Program-made: the position numbers and the translations under genes | Source of the DNA: Lysobacterales bacterium | Lineage (GTDB): Bacteria; Pseudomonadota; Gammaproteobacteria; Xanthomonadales; UBA2363 | Length of the DNA stretch: 64,000 nt | Assembly: GCA_023228845.1 (NCBI GenBank) | Contig: JALOAK010000009.1 | Span: 14,007 to 78,006, forward strand | Direction of reading: 5' to 3' | Part shown: positions 1-9,578 of the stretch, piece by piece | How the letters are laid out: each line of letters starts with the position of its first letter | Numbering within the stretch: the first letter of the stretch is position 1 | Notes under the pieces: generated by a model | What the model saw: only the letters and a program-made list of their open reading frames with translations | What the model was told of the DNA's origin: nothing | Database searches by the model: none

Positions 1-667
1 CGTGGCTGACCAGCACCAGGGTGGTGCCGGCCTGGCGTTGCAGGTCGAACAGCAGGCGGGTGACGGCGGCGGCATTGTCGCCGTCCAGGTTGCCGGTCGG
101 TTCGTCGGCGAACAGCACCGGCGGCGAATGCACGAAGGCGCGGGCGAGGGCGACGCGCTGTTGTTCGCCGCCTGAGAGCTGGCGCGGCAGATGGTGCAGG
201 CGGTGATCCAGGCCAACCTGCCGCAACGCCTGGATGCTGCGTTCGCCGGGTCGATCCAGACCGGCCAGTTCGGCCGCCAGGCGCACGTTCTCGGTGGCGT
301 CCAGGGTCGGAATCAACTGGAACGACTGGAACACGAAGCCGACCAGGCGCCGGCGCAGGCGCGCGCGCGCTTCCTCGTCCATGGCGTTGAGTTCGTGGCC
401 GGCCAGCCAGACGCCGCCATGGCTGGGCACATCCAGGCCGGCGAGCAGGCTGAGCAGGGTGGTCTTGCCCGAGCCGGAGCGGCCGATGATGGCCAGGCTG
501 GCGCCCCTGTTCAGGGTCAGGTCGATGTCCTCCAGTATCGTGAGCCCGCCGTCGGGACCTGCCACCTGCTTGCCCAGTTTCCGGGCCTGGATCAGCGCTT
601 GGCCGGCATCGCCATCGTTCGTTCCGCTGCGGGCTGCTGCCCGGCCTACTGGATCTTTCTGCACCAT
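1..667 (-). CDS. ybbA: ABC transporter ATP-binding protein, YbbA-like (C-terminus runs off the window edge)
   Basis: Not in the ORF track because it is partial. My reverse-complement translation from CAT 665-667 gives MVQKDP...IIGRSGSGKTTLLSLLAGLD (Walker A), LSGGEQQRVALARAF (ABC signature) and VLFADEPTGNLD (Walker B). It is divergent from tesA, as in E. coli. Confidence 0.8.
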   Translation of the reverse strand, partial: MVQKDPVGRAAARSGTNDGDAGQALIQARKLGKQVAGPDGGLTILEDIDLTLNRGASLAIIGRSGSGKTTLLSLLAGLDVPSHGGVWLAGHELNAMDEEARARLRRRLVGFVFQSFQLIPTLDATENVRLAAELAGLDRPGERSIQALRQVGLDHRLHHLPRQLSGGEQQRVALARAFVHSPPVLFADEPTGNLDGDNAAAVTRLLFDLQRQAGTTLVLVSH

Positions 668-1295
668 GATTCGTTTCCGTCTGGTTTTTCTTGCCCTGGT
701 CGCCGGCCTTGCCGGTTTCGCCGGTCTTGCCACCGGCGCCGATGCGCAGGCGCGCGAGCCGACCGTGCTGGTTCTGGGTGATTCACTCAGCGCCGCCCAC
801 GGCATGCCCGAAGCCGCCGGTTGGGTGGCGCTGCTGGCTGCGCGTGCGGCGGGCCGGGCGCAGGTGGTCAACGCCAGCATCAGCGGCGAGACCACGGCCG
901 GCGGCCTGAGCCGGTTGCCGGATCTGCTGGCCGCGCACCGCCCGGCGCTCGTCGCCATCCAGCTTGGCGCCAATGACGGCCTGCGCGGCCTGCCGATCAC
1001 GCAGATCCGAGACAATCTCGACCGCCTGGCGCATCTGGTGCGTGAATCCGGCGCCCAGGTGCTGCTGCTGGGAATCGAGTTGCCGGTCAACTACGGGCCG
1101 CGCTATCGCGACCAGTTGCGCCAGGTTTACGACGGGCTGGCGCAGGAACTGGATACCGGCCTGGTGCCGTTCATGCTCGAAGGCGTGGCGCTGGATCCGC
1201 TGCTGATCCAGGACGATGGCCTGCATCCCAATGCCGCCGCGCAGCCGGCGATTCTTGACAACGTCTGGACGGTAATGGCGCCGATGCTGGATTAG
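666..1295 (+). CDS. tesA: SGNH/GDSL arylesterase / acyl-CoA thioesterase I (TesA-like), secreted
   Basis: In-frame ATG at 666 within ORF 234..1295. Signal peptide MIRFRLVFLALVAGLAGFAGLATGADA is followed by the GDSLS, GANDG and DGLHP blocks. Confidence 0.85.
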   Translation: MIRFRLVFLALVAGLAGFAGLATGADAQAREPTVLVLGDSLSAAHGMPEAAGWVALLAARAAGRAQVVNASISGETTAGGLSRLPDLLAAHRPALVAIQLGANDGLRGLPITQIRDNLDRLAHLVRESGAQVLLLGIELPVNYGPRYRDQLRQVYDGLAQELDTGLVPFMLEGVALDPLLIQDDGLHPNAAAQPAILDNVWTVMAPMLD

Positions 1296-1404
1296 GACAA
1301 GGCCGGCACACGGTAGTGATGGCCACGCTGGCCAGGGTTCTGGTTGCGGCAGGTCGCGGCCGGTCGCAGCGTGACGGGCAGTGCCGGCAGGGCGCCGGCC
1401 GGCC

Positions 1405-2211
1405 TCAGCCAAATGGCACCAGGCGCCGCCAGATCGGCTTGGGACGCACCGCCGGCTCACCCCGCAGGAAGGCATGATCGGGGTAGTTGGCCTCGAGCAC
1501 GCGGCGGGTGTCATCGGCCAGTTCCTGCTCGCCCAACTGCTGGTAGGACTGGATCATGATCGCCAGCGCATCGCCGCCATCGGGTGCCTGCTGGTAGTTC
1601 TCCAGCACATGCTTGCTGCGATTGACGGCGGCAACAAAGGCGCCGCGGCGCAGGTAGTAGCGCGCGATCAGCACTTCGTGCCGGGCCAGCGCATTGCGCA
1701 GGAAGATCATCCGCTGGCGCGCGTCGGCGGCATGGATGCTGTCCGGATAATCGCGCAGCAGGCGGGAGAAATCGGAGAACGACTGGCGCGTCGCGGCCTG
1801 GTCGCGCTGGGCCTGGTCCAGGTTCACGTAGCGGCCGACAAAGCTGGCCTCGCGCTCGAAGTTCACCAGGCCGCGCAGGTATTGTGCGTAGTCGGCATCC
1901 GGGTGGGTCGGGTAGGTGCGCAGGAAGCGATCGATGGTCGAGATCGCCTGGTCGGGCCGTCTGGCGCGATACTGTGCATAGGCCAGTTCCAGATGCGCCT
2001 GCTCGGTGAAGGTGCCGAACGGGAAGCGCGCAATCAGTCGCTGGTGGTAGCGGATGGCGCGATCATGGTTGCCACGCTGCAGGGCGGCATTGGCAATGTC
2101 GTACATCTCGTCCACCGGCAGGGTTTCAATCCTCGCCAGGTGACCGCTGCGTCCGCAAGCGACAAACATCAGGACCAGCAGCAGCAACAATATGGAGCGT
2201 GACAGGCGCAT
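1405..2211 (-). CDS. bamD: Outer membrane protein assembly factor BamD (YfiO) lipoprotein
   Basis: Start at CAT 2209-2211 inside ORF 1405..3192. Lipobox FVAC and TPR-like BamD sequence. Divergent from rluD as in E. coli. Confidence 0.9.
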   Translation of the reverse strand: MRLSRSILLLLLVLMFVACGRSGHLARIETLPVDEMYDIANAALQRGNHDRAIRYHQRLIARFPFGTFTEQAHLELAYAQYRARRPDQAISTIDRFLRTYPTHPDADYAQYLRGLVNFEREASFVGRYVNLDQAQRDQAATRQSFSDFSRLLRDYPDSIHAADARQRMIFLRNALARHEVLIARYYLRRGAFVAAVNRSKHVLENYQQAPDGGDALAIMIQSYQQLGEQELADDTRRVLEANYPDHAFLRGEPAVRPKPIWRRLVPFG

Positions 2212-2247
2212 GGTATCGAACGATCCCAACCAGGAAATCCAGCGGCG

Positions 2248-3300
2248 ATGATAACGGAAAGGCGATCCACGCCGGCGGCGCCGGCCGAGCCGGTTCAGTC
2301 CGGTCCCCAGGGCGGCCCACAGGGCGGTCCACAGACCGGCCCACAGACCGGCAATGATGGCCAGCAGCGGCGGGCCAGCGCCACGGTGCCTGAAGACGCT
2401 GTCGGCAGCCGACTCGACCAGGTCGTGGCCGGCCTGTTCCCCGAGTACTCGCGCAGCCGGCTGAGTGAATGGATACGCGCCGGCGCGCTGACTGTCGATG
2501 ACCGGCCCAGCAAGCCTTCGCAGCGCTTGCTCGGCGGTGAGCGGATCCAGCTTCAGGTCGAAATCGTCAGCGAAAAGAACGACGCGCCCGAAGCCATCGA
2601 GCTGGCCGTGCTGCACAGTGACGCCGCCTGTCTGGTGATCGACAAACCGGCCGGCCTGACCGTGCATCCGGGTGCCGGCCAGGCGTCCGGCACCCTGGTC
2701 AATGCCCTGCTGCACCATGATCCCGAACTGGCGGCGCTGCCGCGCGCCGGCCTGGTGCACCGGCTGGACAAGGACACCACCGGCGCCCTGCTGGTGGCGC
2801 GCACGGCGCAAGCCCATGAGCGGCTCAGCGCTGCCCTGCAGGAGCGCACGATCGAGCGCGAATACCTGGCCCTGGTGCGCGGCGAGGTGATCGCCGGCGA
2901 CACCGTGTCGGCGCCTCTGGGCCGTCATCCGCGCGACCGCCTGCGCCAGGCCGTGGTCGAGGATGGCCGGCCGGCGGTCAGCCACTATCGGGTCCACGAG
3001 CGGCTGCCGGGCCATACCGTGCTGGCGGTAGCGCTGGAAACCGGGCGCACGCACCAGATCCGCGTGCATCTGGCCCATGCCGGCTTTCCGGTGGTCGGCG
3101 ATCCGCTCTATGGCGGCGGCCTGCGCCTGCCGCGCGGCGCCAGCCAGGCCCTGCAGACCGCCTTGCGCGATTTCCGCCGCCAGGCCCTGCATGCTTGCCG
3201 GCTGGCCTTTGTCAGCCCCGATGGCGAGCAGCCGGTGGCAGCGCTGGCGCCGCTGCCGGCCGACATGGCGGCGCTGATCGAAGCGATTCGGGCGGGCTGA
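2248..3300 (+). CDS. rluD: 23S rRNA pseudouridine synthase RluD
   Basis: S4-like N-terminus (GSRLDQVVAGLFPEYSRSRLSEWI) and RluA-family motifs HRLDKDTTGALLVA and GRTHQIRVHL. The start is uncertain: ATG 2248 adds a GPQG/GPQT repeat extension, and GTG near 2385 is an alternative. Confidence 0.9.
   Translation: MITERRSTPAAPAEPVQSGPQGGPQGGPQTGPQTGNDGQQRRASATVPEDAVGSRLDQVVAGLFPEYSRSRLSEWIRAGALTVDDRPSKPSQRLLGGERIQLQVEIVSEKNDAPEAIELAVLHSDAACLVIDKPAGLTVHPGAGQASGTLVNALLHHDPELAALPRAGLVHRLDKDTTGALLVARTAQAHERLSAALQERTIEREYLALVRGEVIAGDTVSAPLGRHPRDRLRQAVVEDGRPAVSHYRVHERLPGHTVLAVALETGRTHQIRVHLAHAGFPVVGDPLYGGGLRLPRGASQALQTALRDFRRQALHACRLAFVSPDGEQPVAALAPLPADMAALIEAIRAG
2302..2349. repeat. 4 x 12-nt tandem repeat (GGYCCMCAGRSC)
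   Basis: Read directly as ggtccccagggc ggcccacagggc ggtccacagacc ggcccacagacc. It lies between the bamD start and the conserved part of rluD. Confidence 0.9.
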
Positions 3301-3422
3301 GACGTGCCCGCGCCGCGTCCAGGCCGGGTCCAGGCCGTGGTCTCATCGCTGCTGAAAAAAGCACTTGCTGCCGGTAGCCAGTCGCGGCCAACGATCAGGC
3401 CAGCGAGCAGGCGGTGGCGATC

Positions 3423-4232
3423 ATGAACGCTGATCCGGGTTTCATCCGTGCCGACCTGCCGGGCGTTGCCGGCATCCACGCTGTTGCCACTACCCGCCAG
3501 GCGCCCGGAAGCTCGGTCCCGCCCTGGCAGCACAGCAACCTGGGCCTGCGCAGTGGCGATGATCCGGCCGTGGTCCAGGACAACCGGCGCCGTCTGGCGC
3601 AAGCGCTGTCCCTGCCGTCGCAGCCGGTCTGGTTGCAGCAGGTGCATGGCACCGGCGTGCTGGCAGTCACCCGGCCGTTGTTGCGGCCCAGGGCAATGGC
3701 GGCCGAACCGGTGGCCGATGCCGCCATCACGCGCACGCCGGGCGTGGTGCTGGCGGTGCTGAGTGCTGATTGCCTGCCGCTGGTGCTGGCCAGCCGCGAC
3801 GGTGATGGGCTGGCGGTCATTCATGCCGGCTGGCGAGGCCTGGCTGGTGGCGTCATCGAAGCTGCCCTGGCGGCATTGGCCGATGCCGGTGTCAGCGCCG
3901 GCCGCCTGCTGGCCTGGCTCGGACCGGCCATCGGCCCGGCCGACTACGAAGTGGATGTTCCGGTGCGCGATGCCTTCCTGGCCGACGACGACCGCGCCGC
4001 GGCCGCCTTCCACGCCACCCGGCCAGGGCACTGGCGGTGCGACCTGTATGCGCTGGCCCGGCTGCGTCTGGCCAAGGCCGGGATCCAGTCCGTGCTGGGC
4101 GGGGAGTTCAGTACCGCCGCCGACGCCCGGTGCTTCCATTCCCATCGCCGCGACGGCAGCGCCAGCGGCCGACAAGCGACCCTGGCCTGGATCGACGCCG
4201 GTGCCGGAAACGACAGCGCCGGCGGCGGCTGA
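3423..4232 (+). CDS. pgeF: Peptidoglycan editing factor PgeF / YfiH (DUF152, laccase-domain protein)
   Basis: ORF 3414..4232 contains VWLQQVHG, LSADCLPLV and VIHAGWRGLAGGV, which match the YfiH family. It follows rluD as in E. coli. I prefer ATG 3423 over GTG 3414. Confidence 0.85.
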   Translation: MNADPGFIRADLPGVAGIHAVATTRQAPGSSVPPWQHSNLGLRSGDDPAVVQDNRRRLAQALSLPSQPVWLQQVHGTGVLAVTRPLLRPRAMAAEPVADAAITRTPGVVLAVLSADCLPLVLASRDGDGLAVIHAGWRGLAGGVIEAALAALADAGVSAGRLLAWLGPAIGPADYEVDVPVRDAFLADDDRAAAAFHATRPGHWRCDLYALARLRLAKAGIQSVLGGEFSTAADARCFHSHRRDGSASGRQATLAWIDAGAGNDSAGGG

Positions 4233-4256
4233 GCCCGGTTTTGTTTGATACCGGTG

Positions 4257-4285
4257 TTGACTCCCGGGGTTGGGCGGCCTAGAAT
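4257..4285 (+). promoter_or_regulatory. Near-consensus sigma70 promoter for rplU-rpmA(-obg)
   Basis: TTGACT (4257-4262), a 17-nt spacer, then TAGAAT (4280-4285), followed by a GC-rich discriminator (ccgcgg). It sits about 43 nt upstream of the rplU ATG. Confidence 0.55.
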
Positions 4286-4327
4286 CCGCGGTCTTTTCCC
4301 ACGCGTTGCTCCCCAAGGATTTGCGCC

Positions 4328-4645
4328 ATGTACGCTGTATTTACCGCCGGCGGCAAGCAGTATCGCGCCGAAAAAGGCGCAGTCTTGCGCGTTGAGTTGA
4401 TGAAAGCCGACCCCGGCAGTGAGATCGAGCTGGGTGATGTTCTGTTGCTGGCCGATGGTGACGACATCACCATTGGCGCGCCGCTGATCGAAGGCAGCAA
4501 GGTCACCGCCAAGGTGCTCGGCCACGGCCGCGCCGACAAGATCCGGATCATCAAATTCCGTCGCCGCAAGCATCACCGCAAGCAGATGGGTCACCGTCAG
4601 CACTACACCGAAATCGAGATCACCGGCATTGCCGGCGGTCAGTAA
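4328..4645 (+). CDS. rplU: 50S ribosomal protein L21
   Basis: [17 protein letters not shown]... is a full-length L21 match. Confidence 0.97.
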   Translation: MYAVFTAGGKQYRAEKGAVLRVELMKADPGSEIELGDVLLLADGDDITIGAPLIEGSKVTAKVLGHGRADKIRIIKFRRRKHHRKQMGHRQHYTEIEITGIAGGQ

Positions 4646-4660
4646 GCAGGAGGATTCGCA

Positions 4661-4918
4661 ATGGCACAGAAGAAAGGCGTAGGTTCCTCGCGCAACGGCC
4701 GCGATTCCAACCCGAAGATGCTGGGCGTCAAGATTTATGGCGGCCAGGCAATCGAAGCAGGCAACATCATCGTGCGACAGCGCGGCACCCAGTTCCATCC
4801 GGGCGCCAACGTCGGCCTGGGCCGCGACCACACGCTGTTCGCCCTGGCCAATGGCAAGGTCGAGTTCACCCGCAAGGGTCCGAACAATCGGCGCACGGTC
4901 AACGTCGTCGCCGACTGA
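4661..4918 (+). CDS. rpmA: 50S ribosomal protein L27
   Basis: [24 protein letters not shown]... is a full-length L27 match. Confidence 0.97.
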   Translation: MAQKKGVGSSRNGRDSNPKMLGVKIYGGQAIEAGNIIVRQRGTQFHPGANVGLGRDHTLFALANGKVEFTRKGPNNRRTVNVVAD

Positions 4919-4929
4919 GCCGGCAGTAG

Positions 4930-6138
<1,209 letters not shown>

Positions 6139-6262
6139 GGGCGCGGCGTCAGCACGCAGGAAACAGCATGCAGCGTTCGGGTTGACGACCCGGCTACGCC
6201 TTGCCGGGCATTGCGGCACCACCCGGGGTGGGCAGATTCGGCAACGGCATCAAACCGGGTGC

Positions 6263-6286
6263 AAAAAAATGCCGGCAGGGCCGGCA
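6263..6286 (-). terminator. Rho-independent terminator of rpsT (possibly bidirectional, shared with obg)
   Basis: The plus strand reads aaaaaaa-tgccggc-agg-gccggca. On the minus strand this is a 7-bp GC stem followed by T7. Confidence 0.7.
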
Positions 6287-6320
6287 CTTTCGGGTATCTG
6301 GATGGCGAGCTGGCGCTCGC

Positions 6321-6587
6321 TCAGGCGGCCAGCGCCTTGATCTTCGCGCTCAGGCGGCTCTTGTGGCGAGCAGCCTTGTTGCGGTGGATCAGGCCACGGC
6401 TGCTGTAGCGGTCGAGCAGCGGCTCGGCGGCGAGCAGGGCGGCACGGGCGGCTTCGGCGTCCTTGTTGTCGATCGCCAGAACCACCTTCTTGACGGCGGT
6501 GCGGATCATCGACTTGGCACTGGTGTTGCGCTCGTTGCGCTTGACGGCCTGCTTGGCGCGCTTCCGGGCTGATTTGATGTTGGCCAA
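6321..6587 (-). CDS. rpsT: 30S ribosomal protein S20 (TTG start)
   Basis: (L)[20 protein letters not shown]... matches S20. The minus strand reads GGAGATTGCCCCC-TTG-GCC-AAC. A UUG start is also known for E. coli rpsT. Confidence 0.95.
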   Translation of the reverse strand: MANIKSARKRAKQAVKRNERNTSAKSMIRTAVKKVVLAIDNKDAEAARAALLAAEPLLDRYSSRGLIHRNKAARHKSRLSAKIKALAA

Positions 6588-6635
6588 GGGGGCAATCTCC
6601 GGGAAATGGGTTCGGGTGGGTGATAAAGACCGCCA

Positions 6636-6664
6636 ATTATGCCCCGGTGCGAAGGTCGGGTCAA
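6636..6664 (-). promoter_or_regulatory. Candidate sigma70 promoter of rpsT
   Basis: Minus strand: TTGACC (6664-6659), a 17-nt spacer, then CATAAT (6641-6636), about 49 nt upstream of the TTG start. Confidence 0.4.
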
Positions 6665-6942
6665 TATCCATGTGATCGCAGGCCAGCCTGGGCCTTAGCC
6701 GTCAAGTCGCGCGCCCGGCGCTGGTTCGAAGCAGCGTTCGGTTCAATGGTCGCGCTGGCGCGTAGGCGATCTGCCGGATGACGGGCGTGGAACGAACGGC
6801 GACAATGCCAGGCTGCGGTCTGGCCCGGTCCGGCCTTTGGGTTTTTCACCGGCAAGGCGGGCTCGGCCGGTACTTGGCGCCGGTCGGTCAGTGTGCAGTT
6901 CGCGGCAGCCGGGGCCGGGCCGGCGTCATCGCAGGGGTATTG

Positions 6943-8502
6943 ATGAAGCTGTTGCGTTCCACCCTGGTGTTCTCGTCGCTGACCTTCCTGTCGCGGCTGT
7001 CCGGCTATGCCCGCGACATGGTCCAGGCGATCGTGTTCGGCGCCACCGGGCTCACCGACGCTTTCGTGGTCGCCTACCGGATTCCCAATTTCCTGCGCCG
7101 CATCTTTGCCGAGGGCGCCTTCGCCCAGGCCTTCGTGCCGGTGCTCAGCGCCGCCCGCCAGGAGGGCGACCGCGCCGCGCTCAAGCTGTTGCTGGATCGG
7201 GTCGCCGGCACCCTGTGCGCCGTGGTGCTGGTGGTCACCGGACTGGGCATGATCGCCGCGCCGGCGCTGGTCACCGTGTTTGCGCCCGGCTACCTGGACG
7301 ACCCGGTACGCCACAGCGCCGCCAGCGACATGCTGCGCATCACCTTCCCCTACCTGTTCTTCATCTCGATGACCGCCATGGCCGGCGGCGTGCTCAACAG
7401 CTTCAACCGCTTCGCCATTCCGGCGCTGACCCCGATCCTGCACAACCTGGCGATCATCGCCGCCGCCCTGTGGCTGGCGCCGCTGCTGTCGGTGCCGGTG
7501 ATGGCCCTGGCCTGGGGCGTATTCGCGGCCGGGGCGATCCAGATGCTGGTGCAGGTGCCGGCGCTGGCCCGGCTGGGCCTGTTGCCCCGGCCGCGCTGGC
7601 GCCCGGCCGATCCGGGCGTGCGCCGGATCCTGCGGCTGATGGGCCCGGCCGTGCTCAGTGCCTCGGCAGCGCAGATCAACCTGCTGGTCGGCACCGCCTT
7701 TGCCTCGCTGCTGATCGCCGGCAGCCAGACCTGGCTGTACATGGCCGACCGCCTGCTGGAGTTTCCCATCGGCATGATCGGCGTCGCCCTGGGCACGGTG
7801 TTGCTGCCGACCCTGTCGCGGCGCCAGGCTGCCGGTGACGACGCCGGCTACCGGCAATCGCTGGACTGGGGCGTGCGCCTGGTGCTGATCATTGCGCTGC
7901 CGGCGGCCACCGGCCTGATCGTCCTGGCCGAGCCGATCTGCGCCACGCTGTACCAGCACGGCCGCTTCACCGAGCAGGACACGGCGATGACCGCCTTGGC
8001 GCTGGTCGCGCTGTGCCTGGGCCTGCCCGGCTTCATGCTCAGCAAGGTGCTGGCGCCGGCTTTTTTCGCGCGTCAGGACACCGCCACACCCATGCGCGCG
8101 GCGCTGATTGTGGTGGCGGTGAATCTGGTGCTGGTGACGGCGCTGGTGCTGCCGTTGCGGGCCGCCGGTGCCACCGGGACCCATGCCGCCATCGCCTTGT
8201 CGACCGGCATCTGCGGCCTGCTCCATGCCGGCCTGCTGGCTTTCTGGCTACACCGGCGCCAGCTCTACCGGCCGGCGGCCGGCAGCCTGGGCTTCCTGTC
8301 GCTGATCGTTCTGGCCTGCATGGCCATGGCGGCCTTGCTGTGGGCGGGCCGTGAGTGGCTCGGGCCATGGGCGCAACTGCCTCCGGTATCGCGGCTGCTG
8401 CATCTGGGCTGGCTGATTCCGGCTGCGGTCGCGGCCTATGTCGCGGTGCTGTTGGCGGCAGGCATGCGCTGGCGCCATCTGCGCGAGCCACCGACGGCCT
8501 GA
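6943..8502 (+). CDS. murJ: Lipid II flippase MurJ (MviN)
   Basis: ATG 6943 gives MKLLRSTLVFSSLTFLSRLSGYARDMV...FVVAYRIPNFLRRIFAEGAFAQAFVP, the canonical MurJ N-terminus. Polytopic membrane protein, divergent from rpsT. Confidence 0.9.
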   Translation: MKLLRSTLVFSSLTFLSRLSGYARDMVQAIVFGATGLTDAFVVAYRIPNFLRRIFAEGAFAQAFVPVLSAARQEGDRAALKLLLDRVAGTLCAVVLVVTGLGMIAAPALVTVFAPGYLDDPVRHSAASDMLRITFPYLFFISMTAMAGGVLNSFNRFAIPALTPILHNLAIIAAALWLAPLLSVPVMALAWGVFAAGAIQMLVQVPALARLGLLPRPRWRPADPGVRRILRLMGPAVLSASAAQINLLVGTAFASLLIAGSQTWLYMADRLLEFPIGMIGVALGTVLLPTLSRRQAAGDDAGYRQSLDWGVRLVLIIALPAATGLIVLAEPICATLYQHGRFTEQDTAMTALALVALCLGLPGFMLSKVLAPAFFARQDTATPMRAALIVVAVNLVLVTALVLPLRAAGATGTHAAIALSTGICGLLHAGLLAFWLHRRQLYRPAAGSLGFLSLIVLACMAMAALLWAGREWLGPWAQLPPVSRLLHLGWLIPAAVAAYVAVLLAAGMRWRHLREPPTA

Positions 8503-8599
8503 CCGGCCGGGCACGCCAGCTGCGGCTGACCGTCATGCCGCCATGTCGCCACCTGCCGCCTGCCTGTTGCCGGGGCGCGGACCGCTATAATCGGCGGCT

Positions 8600-9568
8600 A
8601 TGTCCAGATGGTTCCGCGAGGTCGGCGATGTATCGCGTTTCCCGGCAGGCAGTGTGGTGGCGATCGGCGCCTTCGATGGCGTCCATCGTGGCCACCTGTC
8701 CCTGCTTGCCGGTGCGTCCGCGCGTGCCCGACAGCGTGGCCTGAGCGCGGTCGCGCTCAGCTTCGAGCCCTTGCCGCGCGAGTTTTTCGCCCGTGGTGAA
8801 CCGCCGGCACGGCTGACACCGGCGCGGATGCGCTACCAGATGCTGTGCCAGGCCGGCGTCGATGCCGTCGGGTTGCTGCGCTTCAATCAGGCGCTGGCGA
8901 GCGAGTCGGCGGCCGGGTTCGTCGAGCGCGTGCTGGTGCGTGGCCTGTCGGCGCGGCTGGTCTGCGTCGGACCGCAGTTCCGTTTCGGCCACCAGCGCAG
9001 CGGTGACATTGCGCTGCTGCGGCAGTTGGGCACGAAGCATGGTTTCGATGTCGATGTCGCCGACACGGTGGTTGACGGCGCCGGCCAGCGTATCGGCGCC
9101 ACAGCCATCCGCCAGGCGCTGGCTGCCGGTGACCTGGCCGCGGCACAGGCCGCCCTGGGTCGGCCGTATGCCCTGGCGGGCCGGGTCATCCACGGCAAAC
9201 GCCTGGGTCGGGAACTGGGCTATCCAACCGCCAACCTGGCGGTGCGTTTCAAGCCGGCGCTCCAGGGCATCTTCGCCGTGCGCGTGACCGGTGCCGGGTT
9301 GCAGGACTACCCCGGCGTCGCCAGCCTGGGCACGCGCCCGACTGTCGGCGGCGGCCCGCTGGTGCTGGAAGCCCACTTGTTCGACTATGCCGGCGACCTG
9401 TACGGGCAGCGCCTGCGGGTCGACTTCATTGCCCGTCTGCGCAGCGAAGAACGTTTCGACAACCTGGCAGACCTGGTGGCCCAGATGGACATCGATGCCC
9501 GGCGCGCTCGCGAACTGCTCGCCGGCGGCCGACCGGCCCCGAATGACGCACGACTGACGACTGATTGA
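8600..9568 (+). CDS. ribF: Bifunctional riboflavin kinase / FMN adenylyltransferase
   Basis: [25 protein letters not shown] and [11 protein letters not shown]...[14 protein letters not shown] are RibF hallmarks. It lies upstream of ileS as in most proteobacteria. Confidence 0.92.
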   Translation: MSRWFREVGDVSRFPAGSVVAIGAFDGVHRGHLSLLAGASARARQRGLSAVALSFEPLPREFFARGEPPARLTPARMRYQMLCQAGVDAVGLLRFNQALASESAAGFVERVLVRGLSARLVCVGPQFRFGHQRSGDIALLRQLGTKHGFDVDVADTVVDGAGQRIGATAIRQALAAGDLAAAQAALGRPYALAGRVIHGKRLGRELGYPTANLAVRFKPALQGIFAVRVTGAGLQDYPGVASLGTRPTVGGGPLVLEAHLFDYAGDLYGQRLRVDFIARLRSEERFDNLADLVAQMDIDARRARELLAGGRPAPNDARLTTD

Positions 9569-9578
9569 AGACGCGACC

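Noticed and set aside
6661-8226. 521-aa minus-strand ORF antisense to murJ. Similar long ORFs occur at 9426..11897(-), 15132..17297(+), 15961..18015(-), 19694..21862(+), 33111..34676(+), 46386..49073(+) and 59150..60880(-).
   Set aside because: These are shadow ORFs typical of ~70% G+C DNA. Their translations are low-complexity and rich in Arg, Gly, Pro, Ala and Gln. Each is fully overlapped by a confidently recognised gene on the other strand.
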